The notes: a model not told the origin generated them from the letters alone. A stretch of DNA of 60,630 bases from an uncultured Candidatus Saccharibacteria bacterium (GCA_964521955.1 CAZFTX010000006.1:1-60630), one strand, 5' to 3'. Positions 16,853 through 27,967 are shown, numbered from the stretch's first letter. Numbers and translations: made by a program.

Positions 16853-17944
16853 ATGAAAACCACTTCAACCTACGACTCTTTTGGTCAAAGAGCTAAGTAT
16901 GTAACAGGTACTTCTTCTCAAACAACTACTTACTATCCAAGTAAGGGGTATAATATAACAGGGTCTACTCCTACTAAACACATCTTCCTACCAAATGGAA
17001 CCATGATAGCTACAATAGTAGGTACAGGAACATCTACAACTGTAAGTTACATACATACTGAGCATTTAGGGGGTATAGGAGTTGCCACAAATGACTCTGC
17101 GGAAGTAGCCCAACTTGTAGATACCTACCCTTATGGTACTTTAAGACTAGACGAGCAGTCTGGGTTAAGTGAACAAAGGAAGGGTATAAGTGGGCATGAG
17201 TATGATACTGACACAGGACTAACATATGCTAATGCAAGGTATTATAATGGTGGTAGTGGGAGGTTTGTTAGTCAGGATCCGATGTTTTGGGAAACACCGG
17301 AAGAATATATTGAAGACCCTCAACAGTGGAATAGTTATAGCTATGCTAGGAATAATCCCTTGAATTTTGTTGATCTTCTGGGTATGTTTATTATTGAGAC
17401 TGGCAAGGTTGAGTTAAGTGATTCTTGGGATAGTATAACCACAGCCATAAATCAAGCTTACGGAGTCAATTATTCCATTGATACTGTAAAAAGCTTAAAT
17501 AATAATCCTAGCTGGATTTATGAAGGCCAGACTTTAGTTCCAAATAATAAAGTTCCCGATATCACTAATAAACTGAATTCAATAATGATTGAGCACTCCA
17601 GTGATATCCGTATTAACAACCCTTGGTGGTTCCGTGATGCAGTTAAAAAAGGAGGTGTATGGGATTTAAAAAATACCGAAGAATTTAATTCCGATAAGTA
17701 CCTAGATGGTTTTGTCTACAGCGGAAACAGAATAAGATATGATGCCCCTGGTAATATTCATTACGGGTTCGTAGGGTCAGGAGCTTTCTGGTCTTGGTCT
17801 AAACTTCTACTGAAAGAAGCCGGTAAGGCGCAGATTGCTGAAGGAAAGAGTAAAACTGAATGGAAGAAAGACTACTACGGAGATGATCCAACTGACCAGT
17901 ATTTCATAAAATTAGGTATTAGTTTATTCTACAAATTATGGTAA
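16853..17944 (+). CDS. orphan RHS C-terminal cassette: RHS core end + LysM-like segment + polymorphic-toxin type-44-like domain
   Basis: The first ~70 aa are identical to main RHS residues encoded at 14686-14897. Own core end YSYARNNPLNFVDLLG. SDSWDSITTAINQAYGVNYSIDTVKSLNNNPSWIYEGQTLVP (LysM-like). KKGGVWDLKN...APGNIHYGFVGSGAF...LLKEAGKAQ (type-44-like). Confidence 0.8.
   Translation: MKTTSTYDSFGQRAKYVTGTSSQTTTYYPSKGYNITGSTPTKHIFLPNGTMIATIVGTGTSTTVSYIHTEHLGGIGVATNDSAEVAQLVDTYPYGTLRLDEQSGLSEQRKGISGHEYDTDTGLTYANARYYNGGSGRFVSQDPMFWETPEEYIEDPQQWNSYSYARNNPLNFVDLLGMFIIETGKVELSDSWDSITTAINQAYGVNYSIDTVKSLNNNPSWIYEGQTLVPNNKVPDITNKLNSIMIEHSSDIRINNPWWFRDAVKKGGVWDLKNTEEFNSDKYLDGFVYSGNRIRYDAPGNIHYGFVGSGAFWSWSKLLLKEAGKAQIAEGKSKTEWKKDYYGDDPTDQYFIKLGISLFYKLW
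16859..17070 (+). repeat. 212-bp handle in the orphan cassette (copy 2)
   Basis: See 14686-14897. Confidence 0.9.
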
Positions 17945-17957
17945 AGCAGTGTTAAAT

Positions 17958-18383
17958 ATGAATAATAAGAAAAAAATAGCTCTGATTATAATTTTAGTAT
18001 TATTAGCTTACGGCTACTATTATTTTACATATGAATTTAATTTATTAGGTGAGTGTGGTAAGTATGATGTAAATAAAGCACAATCTTCTAATCAAAAATT
18101 TGAGTTAGAGTATTACATTCTTAATTGCGGTGCTACATCAGACTACGCAACCCAAATGAAATTAAAAGATTTAACATTAAATACTGAAGAAATAGTTGTT
18201 AATATTAGAGGAAATTTTATTAGTAATGAAAACGTAGAGTCAGTAATAGTTGAGTGGTTAAATCCAAACCAAGTTAACATAACTTACAATGGACAAGAGG
18301 ACAGAATTTATAAATACCAGAATCAATATAAGGATATATCGATTCACTTAATTAATAATGGGTCTGTTGTAATGCCCAGATAA
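17958..18383 (+). CDS. small membrane-anchored protein; candidate immunity protein for the orphan toxin
   Basis: ATG 17958 (the track uses GTG 17949). KKKIALIIILVLLAYGYYYF anchor. Lies immediately 3' of the orphan toxin. Confidence 0.55.
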   Translation: MNNKKKIALIIILVLLAYGYYYFTYEFNLLGECGKYDVNKAQSSNQKFELEYYILNCGATSDYATQMKLKDLTLNTEEIVVNIRGNFISNENVESVIVEWLNPNQVNITYNGQEDRIYKYQNQYKDISIHLINNGSVVMPR

Positions 18384-18621
18384 ATTGACTTCTGACCACA
18401 CCTTTTTTAATATAATGGGTAATTGAAAAAGTTATATCTTTTCTTATTAAAATTATGTAATGATTTGATATTCTTAAGAACTGAAAAAGATGTCAGATAC
18501 AATTATTGATATTAAAAATAATTAGTTGGGTTTTTAAATATAGTTTCTTCCTCACCTTTCTCTTTCCACAAATTTGACCGTATGTTATATTTAACATTAC
18601 TTAAACCGAATACATAAAAAC

Positions 18622-19761
18622 ATGAGTGAAATTGTTATTGATAATTCTGAAGAAATTCGTTTAAAAAAAGAGTTAGAAAAAAGGACCGACTTTGAAGCTT
18701 TAAGGATAAAGCGGTATTTAAGCATGCCTGACCTCTCAAGAAAAGAGGGGAGCCCGCTTCACCAAATGGTAAAAAACATTTTAAGTATTCCAGACTTTCA
18801 AGCTTTAGACGACATAAAAATTCCTGAAATTGTTCCAGCAGATATTAGTTTTGACTTGTTTGACTTTCCTAAAGACCACCCGGCCAGAAGCAAGTCCGAC
18901 ACTTACTATATTGATGAAAAAAACATTTTGCGCACCCACACAACAGTTATGTGGTACTATTTTTTAAATGACATCGCTGTAAAAGAAAAAATTAAAAACA
19001 ACCAAGCAGTGGGAAGTTTGTGCTACGGTAAAGTATATAGAAAAGACGAAATTGACAGGCATCACATGAATGTTTTTCACCAAATAGACGGCTGGTACCT
19101 CTCCCCAAAAGACCAAAAAATTATTGGTCAAAAAGACTTGGAAAATGTTTTGTCCAATATTGCAAAGGCAGTCTTTGGTCCAGAAATTAATTACAGATTC
19201 AACAAAGACACTTTCCCATATACGGACCCTTCCTTAGAAATGGAAATAGAAATAAACGACAAATGGGTAGAAGTTTTAGGCAGCGGAGTAGTCAAAGGAA
19301 GTGTTTTAGACAAATTAGGGGTAGACTCTTCTAAATATACAGGCTGGGCTTTTGGTTTTGGTTTAGAAAGACTAGCTATAGTTAGCATGCAACTGCCTGA
19401 CATTCGCCTGCTATGGAGCGAAGACGAAAGAGTAATTAAACAACTAAAATTAGGGCAAAAGTTTGTGGAAGTAAGCAAGTTCCCTCCAATTACTAGAGAT
19501 ATTTCTTTTATAGTTGAAAATACTTTTGTACCGAACAATTATTTTGACCTTATACGTGAAATTGGTGGGGACTTAGTTGAACAAGTTGAACTTTTAGACA
19601 AGTACGAAAATGAAGCAAAATTTGGTAAAAACAAAGTAAGTTACACCTACAGAGTTGTGTACCGAAGTCCTGAAAGGACCTTAAAATCCGAAGAGGTAGA
19701 CCCCTTGCAAAACAAGCTTTATGAACAAACAAAAACTGTTTATAACGCTGAACTTCGTTAG
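18622..19761 (+). CDS. pheS: phenylalanine--tRNA ligase, monomeric mitochondrial-type (PheS catalytic core fused to FDX-ACB domain)
   Basis: Class II motifs (FPYTDPSLEMEI, GWAFGFGLERLAI, PDIRLLWSEDERVIKQL). C-terminal SKFPPITRDISF...FDLIREIGGDLVEQVELLDKYE...YTYRVVYRSPERTL is an FDX-ACB domain (19474-19758). Confidence 0.88.
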   Translation: MSEIVIDNSEEIRLKKELEKRTDFEALRIKRYLSMPDLSRKEGSPLHQMVKNILSIPDFQALDDIKIPEIVPADISFDLFDFPKDHPARSKSDTYYIDEKNILRTHTTVMWYYFLNDIAVKEKIKNNQAVGSLCYGKVYRKDEIDRHHMNVFHQIDGWYLSPKDQKIIGQKDLENVLSNIAKAVFGPEINYRFNKDTFPYTDPSLEMEIEINDKWVEVLGSGVVKGSVLDKLGVDSSKYTGWAFGFGLERLAIVSMQLPDIRLLWSEDERVIKQLKLGQKFVEVSKFPPITRDISFIVENTFVPNNYFDLIREIGGDLVEQVELLDKYENEAKFGKNKVSYTYRVVYRSPERTLKSEEVDPLQNKLYEQTKTVYNAELR

Positions 19762-19835
19762 GGCCATTTTAACTCTTAAATAAGAGCGAAATTACTAGAA
19801 TTTTCTATGGTGTTTTTGTGTGTTTTATGCTATAA

Positions 19836-21971
<2,136 letters not shown>

Positions 21972-22135
21972 ATCACTTGGAGGGACCAACCTATGACCAC
22001 CCCTAAAATTCTTCGAATTTTGGGGAACCCCGATTTAGGTTTTTCCCTTCCAAACCCTCGCTTACGCTCGGCCTCCCTTTTCCATACTGTGTCCTGCGGC
22101 CAGGAATGAATCCTGAGCCTCCAGACAGCTATTAA
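21972..22135 (+). repeat. GC-rich structured intergenic element, copy R2
   Basis: Starts right after the gyrB stop with ATCACTTGGAGGGACCAACC. Same long hairpin (CCCCTAAAATTC-TTC-GAATTTTGGGG), box CTCGCTTACGCTCGGCCTCCCTTTTC, hairpin CAGGA-ATGAA-TCCTG (22101-22115) and tail AGCTATTAATTGAC. Confidence 0.8.
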
Positions 22136-22193
22136 TTGACTTAGCGGCTTAAATGTTCTAGACTATCACAGTATTTAAACACTAATTTATCTC

Positions 22194-22655
22194 ATGTCAA
22201 AAAAATATCTACTCACCAAGGAAGGTTTAATTAAACTTAACGAAGAACTTAAGTTTTTAATTAACGACAAGCGCAAAGAAGTCATTGAAAGAATCCGCGA
22301 AGCCGCAGCACACGGCGACTTAAGTGAAAACGCCGACTATGCCCAAGCTCGTGAAGAACAGAGTTTTATTGAAGGCCGTATTCAAGAAATTGAAGATGTT
22401 ATTAAAAACGCTGAGATTATTACTACCAGCAACCACGGCTCAACTGTAAACATTGGCAGCACTGTACATATTAAAGCCAACGGACAAGACAAAAAATACA
22501 CCATTGTCGGCTCCAACGAAGCTAACCCAAAAGAAGGCAAGATTTCTAACGAATCTTTAGTTGGAAGAGCTTTACTTGGAAAGAAAGTGGCAGAAAAGTT
22601 TAAAGTGACTACACCAGCAGGGGAAATGGATTACGAAATCGTTTCCATGGAATAA
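22194..22655 (+). CDS. greA: transcription elongation factor GreA
   Basis: 153 aa. LT.EG...L..EL..L....R.EV...I..A...GDLSENADY..A+EEQ.FIEGRI and a C-terminal FKBP-like part. Confidence 0.9.
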   Translation: MSKKYLLTKEGLIKLNEELKFLINDKRKEVIERIREAAAHGDLSENADYAQAREEQSFIEGRIQEIEDVIKNAEIITTSNHGSTVNIGSTVHIKANGQDKKYTIVGSNEANPKEGKISNESLVGRALLGKKVAEKFKVTTPAGEMDYEIVSME

Positions 22656-22672
22656 CAAATTTGTGAACATTA

Positions 22673-22702
22673 ACAGCCTTTTGCCTAAAAGGGCTGTTTT
22701 TT
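22673..22702 (+). terminator. intrinsic terminator after greA
   Basis: ACAGCCTTTT-GCCT-AAAAGGGCTGT followed by TTTTTT. It overlaps the extended -10 TGTTATAAT (22702-22710) of the lysS transcript. Confidence 0.8.
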
Positions 22703-22802
22703 GTTATAATAATACTAACTTAACAATAACAATTATTAAAACTATAGCAGGACAAAATTTAAATTTTGTTATTGTTATGGTCATAGTTATATTTACACCT
22801 CC

Positions 22803-24707
22803 ATGTCCGAACGCTTAGAAGACATTATTGCGGGTAGAAAAAATAAGTTAGAGGCAATTAAGCAGTCTGGCCTTTCTGCCTACCCTTCGGTTACCGAAAG
22901 AACCCACACAAACTCCGAAATTTTAGAGAATTTTGATTCCCTAACTTCTGCTGAAGTTACTGCAGTAGGAAGAGTTAGAAGCTTTAGAGACATGGGCAAG
23001 TTGGCTTTTATTCACATAGAAGACGGAACTGCCAAAATTCAAGCTTTGTTTAAAAAGGACGAAGTCGGAGAGAGTGAGTTTAATTTTTTAATTAAAAACA
23101 TAGATATTGGCGACTTCCTACAAGTTACCGGTGCGCTTTTTAAAACAAAAACCGAAGAAAAAACTATCCAGGTAAAAAAATTCAAGTTATTGGCTAAAAG
23201 CTTGTTACCTCTACCCAGCGAACATTTTGGACTACAAGACGAAGAAGCAAAGCTCAGAAAAAGATATTTAGACATACTCTTAGACCCAAACACCAAAGAA
23301 CTCTTTGTGAAAAAAGCTCGTTTTTGGAATTCCATGCGCAACTTTTTAGAAAGCAAAGGTTTTTTACACATGGACATGCCCATACTTGAGTCGGTTCCAG
23401 GTGGCGCTGAAGCCAGGCCGTTTGTAACCCACCACAACGCTTTAGACAAAGACTTTTTCCTGCGCATTTCTTTGGAATTACCTTTAAAGAAAATGTTAGT
23501 TGCGGGTTTTGAAAAAGTTTTTGAAATAGGCAGAATTTTTAGAAACGAAGGCATCTCCACAGAACATTTACAAGACTACACCCAAATGGAATTTTACTGG
23601 GCCTATGCAAGTTTTGACGACATGATGAACTTAGTTCGTGAAATGTATCAAAAAGTAATAATGGATACATTTGGCACTTTGGAAATCAAAAATGGTGACA
23701 TTACTGTTGATTGGTCCGGAAATTGGGAAAAAATAAGTTATATCGAAATTTTTAAAAAATATACAAGCATTGACCTTCTGTCAGCTAGTGACGATGAACT
23801 AAAAAAATACTGTAATCAAAATAGTATAAAACACGAACCTTACGCCGGTCGAGGTAGGCTTATTGACCTCATTTTCAAAAAAGTAAGAGGAAATATCCCT
23901 ACTCAAAAACCTGTGTTTTTAGTTGACCAACCGGTAGAGTTAGAACCTTTAGCCAAGCGTGACCCAAATAATCCTAAACTCGTTCAAAGAATGCAAATTT
24001 TGGCCTATGGCACAGAGCTGGGGAAAGGTTTTGGCGAGTTAAACGATCCTTTAGACCAACGCTCCCGTTTTGAAGAACAGTCAAGCTTAAGAGAAAAAGG
24101 GGATGAAGAAGCTCAAATGTTAGACGAGTCTTATGTAGAAGCCATGGAATACGGTATGCCCCCCGCAGCTGGTTTTGGACTTTCAGAAAGACTTTTTGCT
24201 ATTTTGGCCGACAAGTCAGTCAGAGAAACCGTTGTGTTCCCACCCATGAAAGAAAGTGGCTCAGTTGAACAAAAACGCAAAGAAAACCTTATGGCCGTAG
24301 CAATCATAAACAAAGCAGCCGGCATGGAGGCGTGGAAAGAACTTAACACAATGGCGCACTTAAATGCTGCCTTTGGTGCTAGACAAACAAAAAAAGGTAG
24401 AGATCTTTTTTACCAAAACGAAATTCATTCTAAAGACGGGCATGGCATAAATCTAAATATCCAGCATGCCATTATGGTTAAGACTTCAGACTCAAACGAA
24501 GAACTAAAGCATCTTGCCACCGAAGGAAAAGCAAGGGGATTAGAAGTAGCAGAATTTACTAAAGAAATGATAGAGTCCACGAGCGATAAAAAAGTTATTG
24601 AGTGGACTTCTGGTAAGAACTACTCAGAAATAGAACATTACGGCGTTTTAATTTTTGGAAAAGAATCAGTGGTAAAAGAGCTTACAGATAAATATCAACT
24701 CTACTAA
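22803..24707 (+). CDS. lysS: lysine--tRNA ligase (class II) with ~140-aa C-terminal DUF2000/PTH2-like extension
   Basis: OB-fold N-domain and class II core (FVTHHNALD, FEIGRIFRNEG, GMPPAAGFGLSERL). Extension MAVAIINKAAGMEAWKELNTMAHLNAAFG...YGVLIFGKESVVKELT (24291-24704). Confidence 0.92.
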   Translation: MSERLEDIIAGRKNKLEAIKQSGLSAYPSVTERTHTNSEILENFDSLTSAEVTAVGRVRSFRDMGKLAFIHIEDGTAKIQALFKKDEVGESEFNFLIKNIDIGDFLQVTGALFKTKTEEKTIQVKKFKLLAKSLLPLPSEHFGLQDEEAKLRKRYLDILLDPNTKELFVKKARFWNSMRNFLESKGFLHMDMPILESVPGGAEARPFVTHHNALDKDFFLRISLELPLKKMLVAGFEKVFEIGRIFRNEGISTEHLQDYTQMEFYWAYASFDDMMNLVREMYQKVIMDTFGTLEIKNGDITVDWSGNWEKISYIEIFKKYTSIDLLSASDDELKKYCNQNSIKHEPYAGRGRLIDLIFKKVRGNIPTQKPVFLVDQPVELEPLAKRDPNNPKLVQRMQILAYGTELGKGFGELNDPLDQRSRFEEQSSLREKGDEEAQMLDESYVEAMEYGMPPAAGFGLSERLFAILADKSVRETVVFPPMKESGSVEQKRKENLMAVAIINKAAGMEAWKELNTMAHLNAAFGARQTKKGRDLFYQNEIHSKDGHGINLNIQHAIMVKTSDSNEELKHLATEGKARGLEVAEFTKEMIESTSDKKVIEWTSGKNYSEIEHYGVLIFGKESVVKELTDKYQLY

Positions 24708-24745
24708 CTATACACTTAGCACTACTCACTAATAACTCAACTTCC

Positions 24746-26095
24746 ATGTTAGATATAAAATTCGTTCGTGAAAACGTAGACAAAATCAAAGAAGCGGTAA
24801 AAAACAAAAGAATCGACTTAAATGTGGAAGAGCTTTTAGACTTGGACATAAAAAGAAGAGACTTAATTACTGAATTTGAAAGTTTACAAGCCACCAAAAA
24901 TGCAGTCTCCAAAGAAATTTCCAAACTTTCTGAAACAGAAAAGAAAGCCAAGTTTTTAGAAATGAAAGAAGTGGACGAAAAAGCCAGTGAATTAAAAACT
25001 AAACTCAAAGACATTGAGTCCCAGTACGAACTGCTTCTATATTTAGTTCCAAACATTCCAAGTCCAGAAACCCCAATTGGTCCAGACGAATCCGCAAACG
25101 TACCTTGGAGTTACTGGTCTCCAAGCATTGGTCACGTGGACCCAAAAGAAAACGACAAAGTTTCCCAGGTACCAACTAGGTTTGAATTTGAACCTTTAGA
25201 CCATGCCACTCTAGGTAAAAACTTAAACCTTATTGATACCGAAGCTGGAACCAAAACTTCTGGCTTTAGAGGTTACTACCTAAAAAACGAAGCCGTGCTC
25301 ATGCAATACGGGCTTATTTGGCATGCCCTAAAGAAAATGCAAGCTAAAGGTTTTGAGCTCATGATTCCGCCAGTTTTAGACAGAGAATTTGCTTTCTACG
25401 GTAGCGGACATTTTCCTTTTGGCAAAAGCGACCAATACCAAGTTTTAACAGAAGACCAAATGGGTAAAGGTATTACTGACCCAGTCTACTTAGCTGGTAC
25501 TTCCGAACCAAGCCTTTTAGCTTATTTTGCGGACAAAACTTTAGAAGAAAAAGACTTACCAATAAAAGTTTGTGGGGTCTCCAGCTGTTTTAGAGGTGAA
25601 ATTGGTAGCTATGGCAAAGACACTAAAGGCATCTACCGCGTACATGAATTTATGAAAGTTGAACAAGTTGTGCTTTGCAAAGCTGACATTTTAGAAGGGG
25701 ACAAATGGCTAGAAGCTTTAAGAGAAATAGCTGAAGAAATGCTGCAGGAACTTAAACTGCCATACCGTGTTTTAAACATTTGCACCGGAGACATGGGAGC
25801 GGGTAAATATAAAATGTATGACATTGAAACCTGGATGCCGGCTAGAAAAGCTTTTGGTGAAACCCATTCTGACTCAAACCTAACCGACTGGCAAGCAAGA
25901 AGACTAAACATTAAATACAAAGCTGCTGACGGTAAAACCAAACATGTATTTACCTTAAATAATACGGTCATTGCCAGCCCTAGAATTCTAATTGCAATTT
26001 TAGAAAACTACCAACAAAAAGACGGCTCTGTACTAGTTCCTGATATATTAAAACCTTTGGTTGGAAAAGATGTTATTAAAGCGAGTGGAAAATAA
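24746..26095 (+). CDS. serS: serine--tRNA ligase
   Basis: N-terminal coiled coil, GFRGYYLKNE, YLAGTSEPSL, CFRGEIGSYGKDTKGIYRVHEF, TLNNTVIASPRILIAILENYQ. Confidence 0.95.
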   Translation: MLDIKFVRENVDKIKEAVKNKRIDLNVEELLDLDIKRRDLITEFESLQATKNAVSKEISKLSETEKKAKFLEMKEVDEKASELKTKLKDIESQYELLLYLVPNIPSPETPIGPDESANVPWSYWSPSIGHVDPKENDKVSQVPTRFEFEPLDHATLGKNLNLIDTEAGTKTSGFRGYYLKNEAVLMQYGLIWHALKKMQAKGFELMIPPVLDREFAFYGSGHFPFGKSDQYQVLTEDQMGKGITDPVYLAGTSEPSLLAYFADKTLEEKDLPIKVCGVSSCFRGEIGSYGKDTKGIYRVHEFMKVEQVVLCKADILEGDKWLEALREIAEEMLQELKLPYRVLNICTGDMGAGKYKMYDIETWMPARKAFGETHSDSNLTDWQARRLNIKYKAADGKTKHVFTLNNTVIASPRILIAILENYQQKDGSVLVPDILKPLVGKDVIKASGK

Positions 26096-26116
26096 AAACC
26101 AACAACCTCATCCTAA

Positions 26117-26138
26117 CCTTCTCCTCGCCAGGAGAAGG
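26117..26138 (+). terminator. hairpin after serS (no U-tract)
   Basis: CCTTCTCC-TCGCCA-GGAGAAGG. Confidence 0.4.
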
Positions 26139-26161
26139 AATCTATAAGGAATAAATTTATA

Positions 26162-27100
26162 ATGAAAGTTGATCCAAAAATTCGGTTTCAAAAAAGTGGC
26201 TTTAGAAGAAACTTAGAAGAAGCCCGCAACTACAAACGCCAAACTAAAAAAATTCCCGAAACTAGTTTGGGAATTTTTTTAAACACCGTAGGACTCGGAA
26301 CTATTTGGGCAAAAATATTTTTTGCCTTAATTTTAGTTTTTATTGTTTATTTAGTTTTTTTTCCAAACTGGTTTACAATTAAAACTGTTTCTTACACTTC
26401 CAAAACTGATAAAGCTAAAAATGAAGTTGAAACTATTATTAATGAATTATTAAAAACCAAAACACCTTACCCAAAAAATAATTGGTTACTTCTTTCCAAA
26501 AAAGCAGTTTTAAATGACATTTTACAACATGACTTGATTAGTGTGAAAAACATTATTGTTAAAAAGAATTTTCCAAATAAACTTACCTTAGAAATTGAAA
26601 CTCGAGAACCGAAATTCGTTTTAGAAAACGCTAATACATTTTATATACTCGGAGAGGATGGTTTTGTTATGGAAGCCAGCAACTCAACCAATACTGATAT
26701 TTCGCTTTTGAAAATAAACCTAAAAGAAAAAGAAGAAATAAAAGTAAAAGACAATTTTATTTATGCCCAAAAGTCTTTAGAGTTATTTAATTTTTTTAAA
26801 GATGTTCTTAAAAACCCTAGCCTAAACATGAATTTAAAAAGTATTAAAATCCCAGAATTAACTGTTAACACCCAAAACGGCTACAATGCCATTTTTAATC
26901 TAAATAACGACACTCAGGCGGCTTTAAAACAGCTCCAGCTACTTTTGTCGCACTTAGAACCCTCCCAAAAGGCTACACTTAAATACATAGACTTAACAGC
27001 TAAAGATAAAGCTTTTGTTTGCTACCAAAACACCCCTTGCGCTCAAGAATTACAAATTCCATTAGATAATGCAAGTTCAACACCAATTAATTTAGAATAG
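26162..27100 (+). CDS. FtsQ/DivIB-like cell-division protein (POTRA domain)
   Basis: Basic N-terminus, single TM helix, then a POTRA-like segment (FTIKTVSYTS...VKNIIVKKNFPNKLTLEIETREPKFVL...YILGEDGFVME). Confidence 0.6.
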   Translation: MKVDPKIRFQKSGFRRNLEEARNYKRQTKKIPETSLGIFLNTVGLGTIWAKIFFALILVFIVYLVFFPNWFTIKTVSYTSKTDKAKNEVETIINELLKTKTPYPKNNWLLLSKKAVLNDILQHDLISVKNIIVKKNFPNKLTLEIETREPKFVLENANTFYILGEDGFVMEASNSTNTDISLLKINLKEKEEIKVKDNFIYAQKSLELFNFFKDVLKNPSLNMNLKSIKIPELTVNTQNGYNAIFNLNNDTQAALKQLQLLLSHLEPSQKATLKYIDLTAKDKAFVCYQNTPCAQELQIPLDNASSTPINLE

Positions 27101-27106
27101 TATTAT

Positions 27107-27781
27107 ATGCAAATAACACCAATAGTTATTTCTTTAGGCGGTTCGTTAATTATTCCGGGGGAAATTGATACCAAGTTTTTATCTGAGTTTAAAAAACTCA
27201 TTTTAAAACACATTGCTTTAAATAAAAAGTTTATTTTAGTTGTAGGTGGCGGAACTACCGCAAGAAAATACATAACTGCCTTAAAGACCTTAAACAATAC
27301 TTCTAACGACAACCTAGACTGGATGGGCATAGAAGCCACTAGGTTAAACGCCAAACTAGTCCAAATCAGTTTTGGTAAAAAGGCTCACAAAGAAATTGCA
27401 ACTGACCCAAACAAAAAGTTAAATTTCAATGAAAGTATTTTAATCAGTGGAGGTTGGAAGCCTGGGCGAAGCACTGATGACTGTGCTGTAAGACTGGCTA
27501 AAACTTACGGGGCTAAGGTCATAATAAACTTAAGCAATATAGACTATGTTTACGACAAAGACCCGAAAAAACACAAAAACGCCAAAAAAATAGAATCAAT
27601 TTCATGGAAAAACTTTAGGAAAATAACCGGGAACAAATGGATTCCCGGAAAGAATTTACCTTTCGACCCAACCGCTGCCAAAACCGCACAAGAAAACAAA
27701 GTTAAAGTTATTATTGCGAACTTTAAAAATCTAAATAACATTTTAAACGGCCAACCCTTTAAAGGAACCGTTATACAGTAA
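27107..27781 (+). CDS. pyrH: UMP kinase, short archaeal type (amino-acid-kinase fold)
   Basis: VISLGGSLI, VVGGGTTARKY, GGWKPGRSTDDCAVRLAKTYGAKVIINLSNIDYVYDKDP. At 224 aa it fits the archaeal-type PyrH length. Confidence 0.75.
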   Translation: MQITPIVISLGGSLIIPGEIDTKFLSEFKKLILKHIALNKKFILVVGGGTTARKYITALKTLNNTSNDNLDWMGIEATRLNAKLVQISFGKKAHKEIATDPNKKLNFNESILISGGWKPGRSTDDCAVRLAKTYGAKVIINLSNIDYVYDKDPKKHKNAKKIESISWKNFRKITGNKWIPGKNLPFDPTAAKTAQENKVKVIIANFKNLNNILNGQPFKGTVIQ

Positions 27782-27789
27782 GTATTAAA

Positions 27790-27852
27790 TAAAAAATAAA
27801 AGCCGATTCCATTTACTCTTCCCCTTTGGGGAAAAGAATGGGACCGACTCTT
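27790..27852 (-). terminator. intrinsic terminator of GC-rich cassette A (hairpin also closes pyrH on the plus strand)
   Basis: Minus-strand RNA GUCGGUCCCAUUCUUUUCCCC-AAA-GGGGAAGAGUAAAUGGAAUCGGC followed by UUUUAUUUUUU. Confidence 0.7.
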
Positions 27853-27878
27853 GGATTTTTTCGGTAGTCTTGCGGACT

Positions 27879-27965
27879 TCATCGGAACAGCTTTGCTGTA
27901 AGACCTACTGAATTCCAAATGTTCTGCAACCACCTGATTAGTTGCTTTACTTTCTTCATTAGCAC
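27879..27965 (-). CDS. 28-aa amphipathic peptide ORF (cassette A, ORF2)
   Basis: GAGGAGG (27977-27971) sits 5 nt before GTG 27965. (M)LMKKVKQLIRWLQNIWNSVGLTAKLFR. The SD lies in the last codons of ORF1. Confidence 0.4.
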   Translation of the reverse strand: MLMKKVKQLIRWLQNIWNSVGLTAKLFR

Positions 27966-27967
27966 GT

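Noticed and set aside
21993-22109. SD-led 38-codon ORF inside R2, and the 4-codon GTG frame in R1
   Set aside because: The peptide frame is not preserved between R1, R2 and R3. A single-base difference terminates it in R1, and the conserved boxes fall in different frames.
22711-22802. Riboswitch or T-box upstream of lysS (11-bp inverted repeat AACAATAACAA/TTGTTATTGTT)
   Set aside because: It is a single AT-only stem with a ~35-nt loop. There is no terminator/antiterminator alternative and no conserved riboswitch core.
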